Shown: positions 43,268-53,606, counted from the stretch's first letter. The stretch: 64,000 nucleotides of DNA from an uncultured delta proteobacterium (GCA_963727445.1 CAVSGI010000010.1:864001-928000); one strand, 5' to 3'. Translations and numbers: made by a program. The notes: generated by a model from the sequence alone, not told the origin.

Positions 43268-44518
43268 ATGCTTCGCTTCGCCTCACGAGCAATCCTCGCG
43301 ATCGCGCTCGCCATGGTGGGCTGCACCGCCAACACCATCGTCAAAGCTCCCGGAGGGGAGGAGGGCGCGCCCCTCGACGGAAAGGCGGACGGCTTTCGGA
43401 GCCCGACCGAGCACGGCACGCTCCGCTTCGGCAACGAGAGCCGCGGAGAGCTGAAGGATGGGGAGAAGTTTCACTCCTGGACCTTCTCGCTCTCTGGTGA
43501 TGCGGAGGTTTCGCTTCGCACCGGCTCGTCCGACCAGAACCTCGACACCGTGCTCTATCTCTACCACCGGGCGTCCGCGAGTGACTCCTGGGGCAGCTAC
43601 GTCGAGAAGAACGACGACGCGAACGACGGCACCGTCTTTTCGGCCATCGAGAAGTCTCTGGGCGAAGGCGAGTACCGGATCATCGTCAAGGGCTACAAGG
43701 ACCAGCTCCAGGGTCCGTTCACGGTGTCGGCCGATTGCTCGGGCGCGGGCTGCGAATCGCTCTCGCCGGAGCCCGAGGTCTCGGTTCCCGCGGCCACTGG
43801 TTTCACCGAGTCGTGCGTGAACCGGCTCTGGCAGTCCTTCGACTCGAACATCCTGAGCCGCGACGAATTCAGCATCCACCCGAACGCCAGCGAGGGCTAC
43901 GACAAGGAAGTCCTCGTCGCGAACGCGCACTACGCGGGCCTCTCCGATTGGGCGGAATACGTCAGCGATGACGAGCGCGCCGACTACACCTTCGACGTCG
44001 AGCTCGTGCGCAGCGAGGACGGCGCCGTGGTCACCATGGCCGACGGCGGCGACGAGAGCACCACCGACTACGCATTCGACCGCGAGGGCCACCTCCTCGC
44101 CTATTACGTCCACAACCAGTCCCCCTGGACCGAGTACTACTGCGGTGAGGAAGGCGACGAGGCAGCCAGCGAGCCCGACGAGGACTGCCTCGACAACTGG
44201 ATCCGGAACGCCCCCCGCGACCAGGACTACGACACGGACGGCACCCAGACCTACACGCCCGGTGCGTCCAACGACGGGCTCGATGCCCGGATGAAGGCGG
44301 CTGTCCGGGTCTACATCGACAGCGAGCTCGACGGCGAGGATGCCGCGATCAACATCGAGCTGCGCGAGTGGGAGACCGGCGGCTCGTACCTCCTCAGCAG
44401 CGAGCGCGGCGCCGCGATCTCCTACGCCGTGGTGGACAGCTGGGACGGCGTCACCGTGGTCTTCGAGAGCAGCGAAAACGCCGACGGCCCGGTGATGATC
44501 TGCGAGACGTCGCGCTGA
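43268..44518 (+). CDS. acidic lipoprotein with a PPC-like (pre-peptidase C-terminal) domain
   Basis: AGGAG SD; lipobox MVGC; GKADG motif; LDTVLYLY..NDD..GEYRI PPC-like block. Confidence 0.8.
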   Translation: MLRFASRAILAIALAMVGCTANTIVKAPGGEEGAPLDGKADGFRSPTEHGTLRFGNESRGELKDGEKFHSWTFSLSGDAEVSLRTGSSDQNLDTVLYLYHRASASDSWGSYVEKNDDANDGTVFSAIEKSLGEGEYRIIVKGYKDQLQGPFTVSADCSGAGCESLSPEPEVSVPAATGFTESCVNRLWQSFDSNILSRDEFSIHPNASEGYDKEVLVANAHYAGLSDWAEYVSDDERADYTFDVELVRSEDGAVVTMADGGDESTTDYAFDREGHLLAYYVHNQSPWTEYYCGEEGDEAASEPDEDCLDNWIRNAPRDQDYDTDGTQTYTPGASNDGLDARMKAAVRVYIDSELDGEDAAINIELREWETGGSYLLSSERGAAISYAVVDSWDGVTVVFESSENADGPVMICETSR

Positions 44519-44527
44519 GCCGCGCGC

Positions 44528-46701
44528 TCAGAAGCGAACCGACTCGCGTGTTCGCTCCCCGGAACGAATCAAGACCCGCACCCGCTTCGAAGGTCCGCCG
44601 CTGGTCGGGCGGACCTCGAGGGTGTGACGCCCCGCGGAGAGCTCGAAGTTGACCAGGGGTGTCCGCCCGAGACGGCGGCGCCCCAGGTAGACGTCGGCCG
44701 CGGGGATCGCCATGAGGTTCAGCGTGCCGGGCGGCCGCTGCTCGGCGGCGGAGGAGTGCGGCGTCGAATCCGCCATCGTCGCGACCGTGGCGGGGCGCAC
44801 GCGAGGGGTTGGCGTCTCCGCCTCCGTTTCCGTCTCCGCCTCCGTTTCCGCCTCCGCCTCCGCCTCCGTCCCTTCCCGTTCCCGTTCCCGCTCTTCCCGT
44901 TCCCGTTCCCGCTTCCCGTTCCCGTTCCCGTTCCCGTTCCCGTTCCCGTTCCCGCTCCCGCTCCCGTTCCCGTTCCCGTCCCCGTCTCTGCCGTCGTCCC
45001 CGTCCCTTCGAGCGGCGTGAGCGGCACCACCACCTCCTCATCGCTGTCGCTGCTCGCCCAATAGAGGCCGGCCCCAGCGAGGAGGGCGAGGCAGAGCAGG
45101 GCGCCGAGGGCCCCGATCAGCACGAGGGGGGACAGGCCCGAGGGCTGCTTCGCGGACGGGGCGTAGGGGGTGGCGATCGGTGGTGGCGCCGGGCTGAAGT
45201 CTCCGCCGCTCGACGCCGGCTGCGCGGCAGGCGCGGGCGCCGGTTCCTCTCGAAGGGCAGGCGCGTTGGGCACGGTGGGGACCGCCATGTCCTGATCCGC
45301 GATGTCGCCTGGTGCCCCGGGGATCGTCTGGAGCAGATTTTCGAGCGGCTCGCTCGGAGCGGTGGTGGCATCGAAATCGGACTCGGCGCGATCCGCGGGT
45401 GGCTCGGTCCCTCGCTCCGAGACCGCGCCCTGCCGCGCCGCCAGCGCCGGGCGCAGGCCGGAGACGGGTTGTGTTCCCGGTGGCGCCATCACTGCCATCG
45501 ACGGTGGGTCGGCGACCTGCGTCGCCCCGTCCTCGTCGTCCTCATCGGACTCGGGCGGGGGCGCGACGGCCATGCCCGACCGCGCCTCGGGGAGCTGGAT
45601 CTCGGCCTGGGTATCGGACGGGGCGACGCCCTCCTCCGGGGTGCCGCGTACGCGACTCGCCACGCTGCTCTCGCTCTCGAGGTCCACCTCCGGCACCGGT
45701 CCCGGCACGTCGGCGTCGCTGCTCTGCAGCATCAGGTCCCGCTTCGCGAGCTTCTCGGCGAAGTGCTGCCGCATCCACATCGACACCTGGCGCGCGCCCG
45801 CGGGACGGCCGGCACTGTAGAGAAACTCCTCCAGCTGGCCCCCCAGGTCGGCGGCCGACGCAGTGCGCGCGTCGAGATCGCGCTCGAGCGTTTGCATCAC
45901 CGCCGCCTCGAGGGCGGGGGGATAGTCGGAGACGAGGGTGGAGGGACGCGGGACCTCCATCTCCACCACGTTCAACACCGTCGAGCCGTGCGAGTCCGTG
46001 CGGAAGAGCCGCTGACCGGTCGTCGACTCCCAGAGCACCACCCCGAGCGCCCACACGTCGGCGCGGTGGTCGACGTTCTGGTTGCGGACCTGCTCCGGCG
46101 CCATGTAGCTGAGCTTGCCCTTGATCTCCCCGGCGTCGGTGGAGGTGAGCCGTCCGCGCGCGCGAGCGATGCCGAAGTCCACGACCTTCGACTGGCCTTG
46201 ATAGAGCACCTGAATGTTCTGCGGCGAGACGTCGCGATGGACGACGCCGAGGGGCCTGCCCGCCTCCCTGAGCTCGTGCGCGGCCGAGAGCCCCATCGCC
46301 GCGTCGAGGACCACGCGGGCAGCGAGCCAGGGCTCGACGGGCTTCTTTTCCCGGAAAGCACGGCGCATGACGCTCGAAAAGGACTCGCCGTGGAGATACT
46401 CCATGACGAGGTAGAGGACGCCGTTCTGCTCGCCGAAATCGAGCATGGCGCACACGTTCGGGTGGTGGATCTTGGCCGAGACCCGCGCCTCGTCGAGGAG
46501 CATGTGGGCGAAACGCCGCTGCTCCGTGAGGTGAGGATGGACCACCTTCACCGCCACCCAGCGCTCGAAGCCGTGCGTGCCCTCGAGCTGCGCGAGGTAC
46601 ACCGAGGCCATCCCGCCCTGTGCGATGCGATAGCGAAGTCGGTAGCGTCCGAGACGCCGGCCCTCGAGGGAGGGGGCCGAGACCTGTTCGCCCGCCGTCA
46701 C
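44528..46701 (-). CDS. Hanks-type Ser/Thr kinase with TM helix and C-terminal PEGA-like domain (frameshift inside the repeat at about 44870-44915)
   Basis: GGMASVY, VAVK, HRDVSPQN, DFG and YMAPEQ motifs; TM helix; the PEGA-like segment (ADVYL..LGRTP..LSAGRHTL) lies in another frame. Confidence 0.88.
44813..44985. repeat. imperfect hexamer tandem repeat (CCCGTT)n/(CCGCCT)n encoding a GT/EA linker
   Basis: Directly visible run of ttcccg units followed by ctccgc/ttccgt units. Confidence 0.9.
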
Positions 46702-47474
46702 CAACCCTCCACGCTCGTGTCGCCAAAGGACGCCTGATCGCCACCGCCACCCGCCACCACGGCGACGACCAGGATCACGATCCCGAGCGCGGCCAGCGCG
46801 CCCGCGCCCGCGACGATCCAGGGCCAGAGGGGCGCGCCCTCGCCTCCTTCTCGCTCTTCTTCTCCGGCGGGGCCCAGCGCGAGGGCCGCTCCGCCGAGGG
46901 CGATCGTCTGTGACGTCGTGAAGAGGGATGCGCCCGCGCCCGTCACCGCCTCCGCGTCGCAGCTCACGTCGCCCGATGCAGTGGAGGCCAGTGAGACCGA
47001 CGGCGGCGCTCCCCGTTCGGTGTCTTCGCCGCAGCGGAGCCTGAGCTCGGTCACCAGACCTTCGGGCACGGGGGAAAGCCGCGCGGCGACCCGCGTGCCC
47101 CCTTCGCTCCGAATGGTGAGCCGGGCTGCCCCGTCCACCTCGCGCGCCGTCTCGCGCAGGAGCGCTTCAGCCGCCGGGGGGCTCCCCTCGGGGGCGCGCA
47201 CCTGGGGATCGAGAGCCACGGCCGCGCGCGCGTGTACGCGCGCCCGCTCCAGATGATCGAGCATGAGCTCGAGAGCGCTCAGGTATCGCGTGGCTTCCAG
47301 CGCGTCCTCGGGGCTCAAGGTCGCGCCGTCGAGCACGCCTTCGAAGGCCTCCACCGCCCCCTCGAACTCCGCGTCGAGGTAGGCCTGCCGCCCGCGCTCC
47401 ACCGATTGGGCAGAAGCGACGGAGCAAACCATCAGGACCCCCAGGGCCCCGACGATGGGGGACAAAATCCGCAT
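46698..47474 (-). CDS. secreted TPR-like protein with C-terminal membrane segment
   Basis: Signal peptide ending ASA-Q; helical GRQAY..AEFEGA; PLWPW plus hydrophobic helix; stop overlaps the kinase GTG. Confidence 0.75.
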   Translation of the reverse strand: MRILSPIVGALGVLMVCSVASAQSVERGRQAYLDAEFEGAVEAFEGVLDGATLSPEDALEATRYLSALELMLDHLERARVHARAAVALDPQVRAPEGSPPAAEALLRETAREVDGAARLTIRSEGGTRVAARLSPVPEGLVTELRLRCGEDTERGAPPSVSLASTASGDVSCDAEAVTGAGASLFTTSQTIALGGAALALGPAGEEEREGGEGAPLWPWIVAGAGALAALGIVILVVAVVAGGGGDQASFGDTSVEGW

Positions 47475-47490
47475 GGACTCCGCCAGGGTA

Positions 47491-49647
47491 TCAGAGGCAG
47501 GCGCGGACGGGAGAGAGGCTGGCCGTCCCCGGGCGACCCAGCTCCCCATCGGCGTTCTGTCCGAAACACACGATGGCCCCGGTGGACTTGACGGCGCACG
47601 TCGAGGCGCTGCCCGCGCCCACCGCGGTGTAGTTCGTGTCGGCGCCGACCTGTGCGGGCATGGGCGTGGAGCTGCCCCCCGAGTGACCGGTCGCCAGCTC
47701 CGTGTTGTCGCCCCAGCAATAGAGGCCCCGGTCCATGGCGATGGCGCAGCCATGGGTTCCTCCGAGAGCGAGGGAGCGCCATGGGCCCGCATCGATCCGT
47801 ATGGGTGTCGTCGAGTCGATGGACCCGAATCCGTCCCCGTAGCGATGGCGGACGCCGTTGTGCCCCCAACACCAACGGCTGCCGTCGGTCTGGAGCGCGC
47901 AGGTGAAGGCACGGCTGATTCCGCTCCCGCCGGTGGCCACCGTCTGCCAGCTCGTCATGAACCCGACGCGATCGGGCCGCTCTCTGCTCGTGGTGCCTCC
48001 GATGCCGAGCTGACCATCGGAGTTGTCGCCCCAGCAATAGAGCATGCCGCCGCCGCGGATGCCGCAGGTGTGCTCGGAGCGGGTGTCCACCATGGACCAG
48101 TCGGTACGGAACCCGACCTGCGCAGGCACCAGGGTGCTCGTCCCCGAGCCGTTCATGGCTTCCCCCCAGCACCAGAGGCTGCCGTCGGTCTTGATCGCGC
48201 AGGAGTGACGCGTGCCGCAGGAGACCATCGACCAATCGCTGTCGCTCCCGACCCGCGTCGGCACCGTGGTGTCCGCTGGGCTCCCGAGACCGGTCCCGCC
48301 ATCCGCCCCGTCGCCCCAGCAGAAGAGCTCCCCGCCGCTCTTCACGGCGCATGCGTGATCGCGACCCTCGCTCGCTTGGGCCCAGTCGGTGTCGGACCCG
48401 ACCTGCGTCGGCGTGTTGCGGTCCACAGTGTCGCCGAGGCCGAGCTGCCCGGTCGTGTTGGCACCCCATGCCCACAAAGAGCCGTCCGGCGCGATCGCGA
48501 GGACCGAGAAGCGGCGGAGATCGACGCTGGTGGCCCCGAGCGGCATGCAAGCCCCCGCAGCACATCGCTCGGGGGGGCAGGCGCTCACGTCGCAGGCCAT
48601 GCAGGTTGCGCCAGCGGCGCCACACTGCGCGACGGTGTCGCCCGACGCGCAGCTCGTCCCCTCCACGCATCCGGTGCAGCACGTGCCGCCGGCACAGGTG
48701 CCGCCGGGACAGGTACCGGCGGTGGGGGTCGTGGTGCAACGGCCTGCGCCCGTGCAGCTGTCCGCCGTGCAGGGATTGCCGTCGTCGCAGCCGGCACATC
48801 GGTCGCCACCGTTGCCGCACTGAGCGTCGTCGGTGCCCGCGATGCAGGCACCCCCGTCCCAACACCCCGTGCAGCACACGCTCGCGCGGCATCGACCGTT
48901 GGCTCCGGTGGAGTCCGTGCACGCCGTGCCATCGACGACGGCGGCCGGTACGCAGATGCCGCGTCCGAGGTCGCAGCCCACGTTGGTGCACGTGTTGCCG
49001 TCGTCGGGGCAGTCACTGTCGCTGGAGCAGGGGTCGCCCGTGACGCAACCCATGGCGAGGTCGCAGTACATGCCAGAGTCGCAGGCGGTGTCATCGGCGA
49101 TGCACGCGCCCGCGTCGTCGCAGGTCGCGCAGGAGACGCAGGAGCAGGCGACGCTGGTGTCCACCGGGGCGTCGGTCGTGGCGTCCATCATCCCGCCATC
49201 CGGCACCTGCGCATCCGCGACGCCACACACGCCGGCCGCGCAGCGCATACCCGATGGGCAGAGCGGACCGTTGATCGTCTCGAGCGTCACGACCAGCTCG
49301 CCCGAGCCGCCAGCTTCGAGGGTGACGGTGCTGCAACCCGCGGCCACTACCTGACACGTCGCGCCGTCGAAGCCGCGCCCATAGAGACCATAGGAGCCGG
49401 CGGATACCGCCGAGAAGGTGGTGGTCGTCGTGCCGCGCCGGAGATCGAGGCGCCCCACGGGGCTGCCGGGCGCGGCGCCGGTCTCTGCGAGCGTGCCGCA
49501 GGAATCGACGAGAAAGACTTCGACGCGGTCGACCTGATCGGCGAGCGCTGGTGATTCGAAACGAACCACGATCGAGTACTCCCCACCGCTGCAAGAGACG
49601 AGCAGGAGTACGAAGGCCAAGAGAAGCCAGGCAGCGTGCCGGAGCAT
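47491..49647 (-). CDS. Cys-rich lipoprotein with RCC1/BLIP-II beta-propeller
   Basis: Lipobox LVSC; CDDGNPCT repeats; about seven HxC...G.L.CWG.N..GQLG repeats. Confidence 0.88.
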   Translation of the reverse strand: MLRHAAWLLLAFVLLLVSCSGGEYSIVVRFESPALADQVDRVEVFLVDSCGTLAETGAAPGSPVGRLDLRRGTTTTTFSAVSAGSYGLYGRGFDGATCQVVAAGCSTVTLEAGGSGELVVTLETINGPLCPSGMRCAAGVCGVADAQVPDGGMMDATTDAPVDTSVACSCVSCATCDDAGACIADDTACDSGMYCDLAMGCVTGDPCSSDSDCPDDGNTCTNVGCDLGRGICVPAAVVDGTACTDSTGANGRCRASVCCTGCWDGGACIAGTDDAQCGNGGDRCAGCDDGNPCTADSCTGAGRCTTTPTAGTCPGGTCAGGTCCTGCVEGTSCASGDTVAQCGAAGATCMACDVSACPPERCAAGACMPLGATSVDLRRFSVLAIAPDGSLWAWGANTTGQLGLGDTVDRNTPTQVGSDTDWAQASEGRDHACAVKSGGELFCWGDGADGGTGLGSPADTTVPTRVGSDSDWSMVSCGTRHSCAIKTDGSLWCWGEAMNGSGTSTLVPAQVGFRTDWSMVDTRSEHTCGIRGGGMLYCWGDNSDGQLGIGGTTSRERPDRVGFMTSWQTVATGGSGISRAFTCALQTDGSRWCWGHNGVRHRYGDGFGSIDSTTPIRIDAGPWRSLALGGTHGCAIAMDRGLYCWGDNTELATGHSGGSSTPMPAQVGADTNYTAVGAGSASTCAVKSTGAIVCFGQNADGELGRPGTASLSPVRACL

Positions 49648-49706
49648 CGAGCCAGAGGATATCTCATCCGTCCGAGACTGGCCGGAATGGGAGTAGAATG
49701 ACGGAG

Positions 49707-50669
49707 GTGGCGACTCGTGTTCCTGGCCCGGTGGCAAGAGCGGCTCTGGTGGCGACGCTCTCGCTCCTGATGGGCTGCCGAGCCGGGTTTCCGAGCGCTC
49801 TCCGCGTGGGGGACGGCGGAGGACTCGACGCGGCGGATGGCTCACCCGAAGGAGGGGCCGACGGCGCTTCGGATGGCGCCTCGCTCGATGCAGACGCGGC
49901 GAGCGGCGACGCCGACGCGAGCAGCGCCGTGGACGCGGCGGACGGCGGTGGGATGGACGCCGACAGCGGCGGTGCAGATGCCGACGGCGGCGCGGTGGAC
50001 GCCGATGGCGGCGCGGACGCCGATGGAGGTGCCGATGCGTCGGACGCCGCTTCCGACGCGACCATCGGGTGCGACCCGTTCACCGCGGACTGCAACGGAG
50101 ACTCGATCGACGGGTGCGAGACCTCGCTCCTGACCAACAGCGATTGCGGCGGCTGCGGCGTCCCGTGCGCGCTCCCCAACGCCGTCACCTCCTGCGCGAC
50201 GGGGAGCTGCGAGCTCCTTCGATGTCGCGTCGACTTCGGCGACTGCGACGGCGTGGCGTCCAACGGATGCGAAGCATCGGCGATGCATTTCTGGCCGGAT
50301 GCGGACGGAGACACCTGGGGAGAGATCGGCGCGTCGACCTATTTCTGCTCACCGCCCTACCCCATGACGGGTTGGGCGAATCGGGGAGGCGACTGCGACG
50401 ACATGGACAGCCGCGCCTTTCCCGGACAGACGATGTTCTTCGAGACGCCGCGAGTCTCCGGCGGATACGACTACGACTGCAATGGTGCGGAGCTCCGACA
50501 GTGGGGCATGATGATGACCTGCATCTCGGGGCCGACGTGCTTGATCCGCGACATCGGATGGCGCTTCCTCGTGCCGACCTGTGGTGTCGGCTCGGAGTGG
50601 GTCACGGATTGCACGGGCGCCAGCCCATGCGCGCTGACCAGCGAGCTCCGAACCCAGGCGTGCCGCTGA
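49707..50669 (+). CDS. Cys-rich lipoprotein with Asp/Ala/Gly linker and MopE-like motif
   Basis: Lipobox LMGC; two DCxG...GCE repeats; DADGD...DCDD...FPG...DYDCNG; alternative start at 49698. Confidence 0.75.
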   Translation: MATRVPGPVARAALVATLSLLMGCRAGFPSALRVGDGGGLDAADGSPEGGADGASDGASLDADAASGDADASSAVDAADGGGMDADSGGADADGGAVDADGGADADGGADASDAASDATIGCDPFTADCNGDSIDGCETSLLTNSDCGGCGVPCALPNAVTSCATGSCELLRCRVDFGDCDGVASNGCEASAMHFWPDADGDTWGEIGASTYFCSPPYPMTGWANRGGDCDDMDSRAFPGQTMFFETPRVSGGYDYDCNGAELRQWGMMMTCISGPTCLIRDIGWRFLVPTCGVGSEWVTDCTGASPCALTSELRTQACR

Positions 50670-50697
50670 CCCCTCTGTCCCTGTACCATGCCGCGCC

Positions 50698-51612
50698 ATG
50701 GACACACTCGAAACGATGACCTACGAGGTCACCGATCGAATCGCGCGCATCACGCTCAATCGTCCGGCGCGCGGCAACGGCATCACCTTCGCGATGCCGC
50801 GCGAGCTCGCTGATTGTGTGGAGCGAGCGAACCTCGATCCGCGCGTCCACGTCATCGCCCTCGCGGGCAACGGCAAGGGCTTCTGCGGCGGCTACGACCT
50901 GGTCGCCAGCGCAGAGACCGAGATGGAGGGTGTCTCTCACGACGCAGCGCCCGCCGGTTCCCCCCTCGACCCGACGGTGGTGGCTCAGAACCACGATCCG
51001 ACCGACACCTGGGACCCGGTCGTCGACTGGCAGATGATGAGCCGCAACGTGCGGGGCTTCATGAGTCTCTTCCACAGCGACAAGCCGGTGGTGTGCAAGG
51101 TGCACGGCTTCTGCGTCGCCGGAGGCACGGACATGGCGCTCTGCTCGGACCTGTTGGTGATCGAGGACAGCGCCAAGATCGGCTATCCGCCCGCGCGGGT
51201 CTGGGGGGTTCCGACGACCGCGCTCTGGGTTCATCGCATCGGTGCGCAGCGTGCCAAGCGCCTCCTCTTCACCGGCGACTGTCTCTCGGGCAGGGAAGCG
51301 GTGGAGTGGGGCCTCGCGATCGAGGCGGCGCCGCGCGTGCACCTCGACGAACGATTCGAGACGCTCCTTGCGCGCATCAGCCGCGTGCCGATCAATCAGT
51401 TGGTCATGCACAAGCTCATGGCGAACCAGCCGGTGCTCGCCGGTGGTCTGTCCGCATCGCAACTCGCCGGGACCTTCTTCGACGGTGTGGCCCGGCACAC
51501 CAAAGAGGGCTACGCCTTTCGCGCCAAGGCGATCGCGGAGGGATTCAAGGCGGCGGTGAAGGCACGGGACGAGCCCTTCGGCGACCTCGGAGCGTCCACG
51601 TTCAAGGGCTGA
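50698..51612 (+). CDS. crotonase/enoyl-CoA hydratase family protein
   Basis: ITLNRP..GN, FCGGYDL, KPVVCKVHG..VAGG and LLFTGD motifs. Confidence 0.92.
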   Translation: MDTLETMTYEVTDRIARITLNRPARGNGITFAMPRELADCVERANLDPRVHVIALAGNGKGFCGGYDLVASAETEMEGVSHDAAPAGSPLDPTVVAQNHDPTDTWDPVVDWQMMSRNVRGFMSLFHSDKPVVCKVHGFCVAGGTDMALCSDLLVIEDSAKIGYPPARVWGVPTTALWVHRIGAQRAKRLLFTGDCLSGREAVEWGLAIEAAPRVHLDERFETLLARISRVPINQLVMHKLMANQPVLAGGLSASQLAGTFFDGVARHTKEGYAFRAKAIAEGFKAAVKARDEPFGDLGASTFKG

Positions 51613-51716
51613 GCCGCGCTCGTTTTCCCGCGCTGAGCCTGCTTTCGAAGCGACGGGACGGACAAACCGCGTCCATCTCCTTGCGCTGTCGATCAGAAGC
51701 GGTAGATCGGCCGCCC

Positions 51717-52337
51717 ATGTTCGAGGCATTGCCGCGTCTGCTGATCCGCTCCCGCTGTTCCTCGAGCCGCCGCCTGCGCGCTTACTTCGACGAGAAGGGT
51801 TTCGCGGTGCGCCTCGAAGCCTTCGACCCCACGCGTCATGGCCGCGAGCTCGGTCGCCGCAATCCGAAGAACGCGCCGCCCGTCTTCGAGCTGGGGGACG
51901 GCCTCGTCCTCTGGGATTCGCGGATCATCATCGAATACGTCGAGGAGCTTCTCCCGGCGCCGGCCCTGTTGCCGAGCGATCTCGAGTGCCGCGCGAGGGC
52001 GCGCCTGCTCTTCGATCTCGCGGACGACCTTCTCGCCCCCGAGGTTGTCGCCTTCGCCGCCGAAACCAAGGGCAAGAAGCGTCGGGCGCGTGCCGAGGCC
52101 ATCGCCGACATCACGCGCACAATCAAGGTGCACCTCTCCCACGACGGCCCCTTCGCCGTCGGCAAGGGCTTCACCGCTGCCGACCTCAGCGCGGTTCCGA
52201 TCCTCCTCGGCGCGATCGAGCACGGCTTCGATCCGCGCGAGCTCCCGATCCGCGTGCGCCTCTGGCTCTCGACGATTCTCGAGCGCCCGAGCCTCCGCAA
52301 GCTCTTCCCCGACGTTCGCCTGGCGAACGCCGCCTGA
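51717..52337 (+). CDS. glutathione S-transferase family protein
   Basis: NP...PP, LWDSRIIIEY and FTAADL motifs. Confidence 0.85.
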   Translation: MFEALPRLLIRSRCSSSRRLRAYFDEKGFAVRLEAFDPTRHGRELGRRNPKNAPPVFELGDGLVLWDSRIIIEYVEELLPAPALLPSDLECRARARLLFDLADDLLAPEVVAFAAETKGKKRRARAEAIADITRTIKVHLSHDGPFAVGKGFTAADLSAVPILLGAIEHGFDPRELPIRVRLWLSTILERPSLRKLFPDVRLANAA

Positions 52338-52348
52338 GCGGCGCTGTC

Positions 52349-52990
52349 TCAGGCCTTGGCGCGATGCGCCGACGCCTTGAGCTCATACGTCCGGAAGACG
52401 TGATCCCAGAGCGTGGTGGACACGCCGAACTTGCAGCTGTCCGCGTACTTCGGGCTGTGATGCGCGAGGTGGTGCTTGCGCAGGTTCCGGCCCCAGGCGG
52501 TCTTTGGCGAGACGTGATGGATGAAGTAGTGGCTGCAGTCGTAGTTCATGTAGCCGAGGGCGAAGCCCGCGGTGAACGCCCAGCCGAGGTCGCCCATCGT
52601 GAAATGGAAGAGGCCGAGGAAGAACCAGAAGAGGGTGATGCTCACGGCGGGCGGCATCACGAGGCGGTACGCGTCGCGGGGCCAATTGTGGTGCACGCCG
52701 TGGAGAAGGAAGTGGAAGCGCTCACCCCAGGAGGCGTCGGGCACCCAGTGGAAGGCGGTGCGATGCAGCCAATACTCGGTGAAGGTCCACGCGAGGAAGC
52801 CGCCGACCACGAGGAGCGCCGTGGACAGGACGCTGATCGACGTGAGGGTCAGCGACAGATAGGTCAGGACCGCCGCCGCCGGCAGATAGAGGATCGGCAC
52901 GATAGACCAGTGAGTCCTCGAGAATTTATCGATGAACTCACTGTCGAACATCGGCGGAGATTCCGCCGTTGGCTTCGGAAACAGTCCCAT
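52349..52990 (-). CDS. fatty acid 2-hydroxylase (Scs7/FA2H-like, no cytochrome b5 domain)
   Basis: His boxes HRTAFH, HGVHH, HYFIHH and HHLAHH; RLVMPP; FGVS..LWD.VF. Confidence 0.88.
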   Translation of the reverse strand: MGLFPKPTAESPPMFDSEFIDKFSRTHWSIVPILYLPAAAVLTYLSLTLTSISVLSTALLVVGGFLAWTFTEYWLHRTAFHWVPDASWGERFHFLLHGVHHNWPRDAYRLVMPPAVSITLFWFFLGLFHFTMGDLGWAFTAGFALGYMNYDCSHYFIHHVSPKTAWGRNLRKHHLAHHSPKYADSCKFGVSTTLWDHVFRTYELKASAHRAKA

Positions 52991-53061
52991 TCCCACGACC
53001 TCGCGCGCCTTATATAGCCCGCGATCCCCCGCGATGCCACAGAAGGGCCGAAGCCCCGAGA

Positions 53062-53556
53062 TCACTTGGTTTCGTCGGACTCCGGCAGCTCGACGTCCTC
53101 ATCCACGCCGAGAAGCTCGACGACGTCCTCGACGCTGCCCGGTCCCCCACCCAGGCTGGTCGAAGGCATCGGCATCGCGCCCGCGATGGCCCCTGGATGA
53201 AAGGCGGGATGGGTCACCACCCCCGTGGCGATCCCCAGCTCCTCCGCGGCAAAGCGATATTCCTGGTCCCGGAGGGCGGCGTCGTAGGCCAGGCCCGCGT
53301 GATACTCGAGCTCGCCATAGGGGGTGGCTTCGCACGTGGGCTCCGCGCAGGCCGCGAGCTGTGAGCCCAGAGCGAGGATCCCCGCGCCCGCCGCGAGCCT
53401 CACCGCCTTGTCGACCAGCGCACGACACGATTCGCTCGCCAGCGCCTCACGCGCGCTCGGATACGAAGCCGCGGGCCCTCGTCCCGGGGTGATCGCTCGC
53501 GGCCGCTCGATCGCCTTCGGCAGCGGCGCCGCCCCACTCTTCTTCCGCTTCCTCAT
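53062..53556 (-). CDS. small hypothetical protein with an internal lipobox-like segment
   Basis: GAGG SD before MRKRKK; hydrophobic AGAGILALGSQLAAC; fused to the FG-GAP ORF only because of an upstream frameshift. Confidence 0.65.
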   Translation of the reverse strand: MRKRKKSGAAPLPKAIERPRAITPGRGPAASYPSAREALASESCRALVDKAVRLAAGAGILALGSQLAACAEPTCEATPYGELEYHAGLAYDAALRDQEYRFAAEELGIATGVVTHPAFHPGAIAGAMPMPSTSLGGGPGSVEDVVELLGVDEDVELPESDETK

Positions 53557-53606
53557 CGCCTCTTCTCTGACGACTCGGGGCGCGGAAAGTTCCTTGGGTC
53601 CTGTCC

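Noticed and set aside
41068..43500. Long antisense ORFs (this one and others such as 16385-18451, 20804-23023, 37814-39985, 61860-63884)
   Set aside because: They are shadows of genuine opposite-strand genes caused by stop-codon scarcity at high GC and have no recognisable motifs
44813..44985. Repeat tract as a CRISPR array or mobile-element end
   Set aside because: It consists of contiguous hexamers with no spacers, lies inside a coding linker, and has no cas or transposase gene nearby
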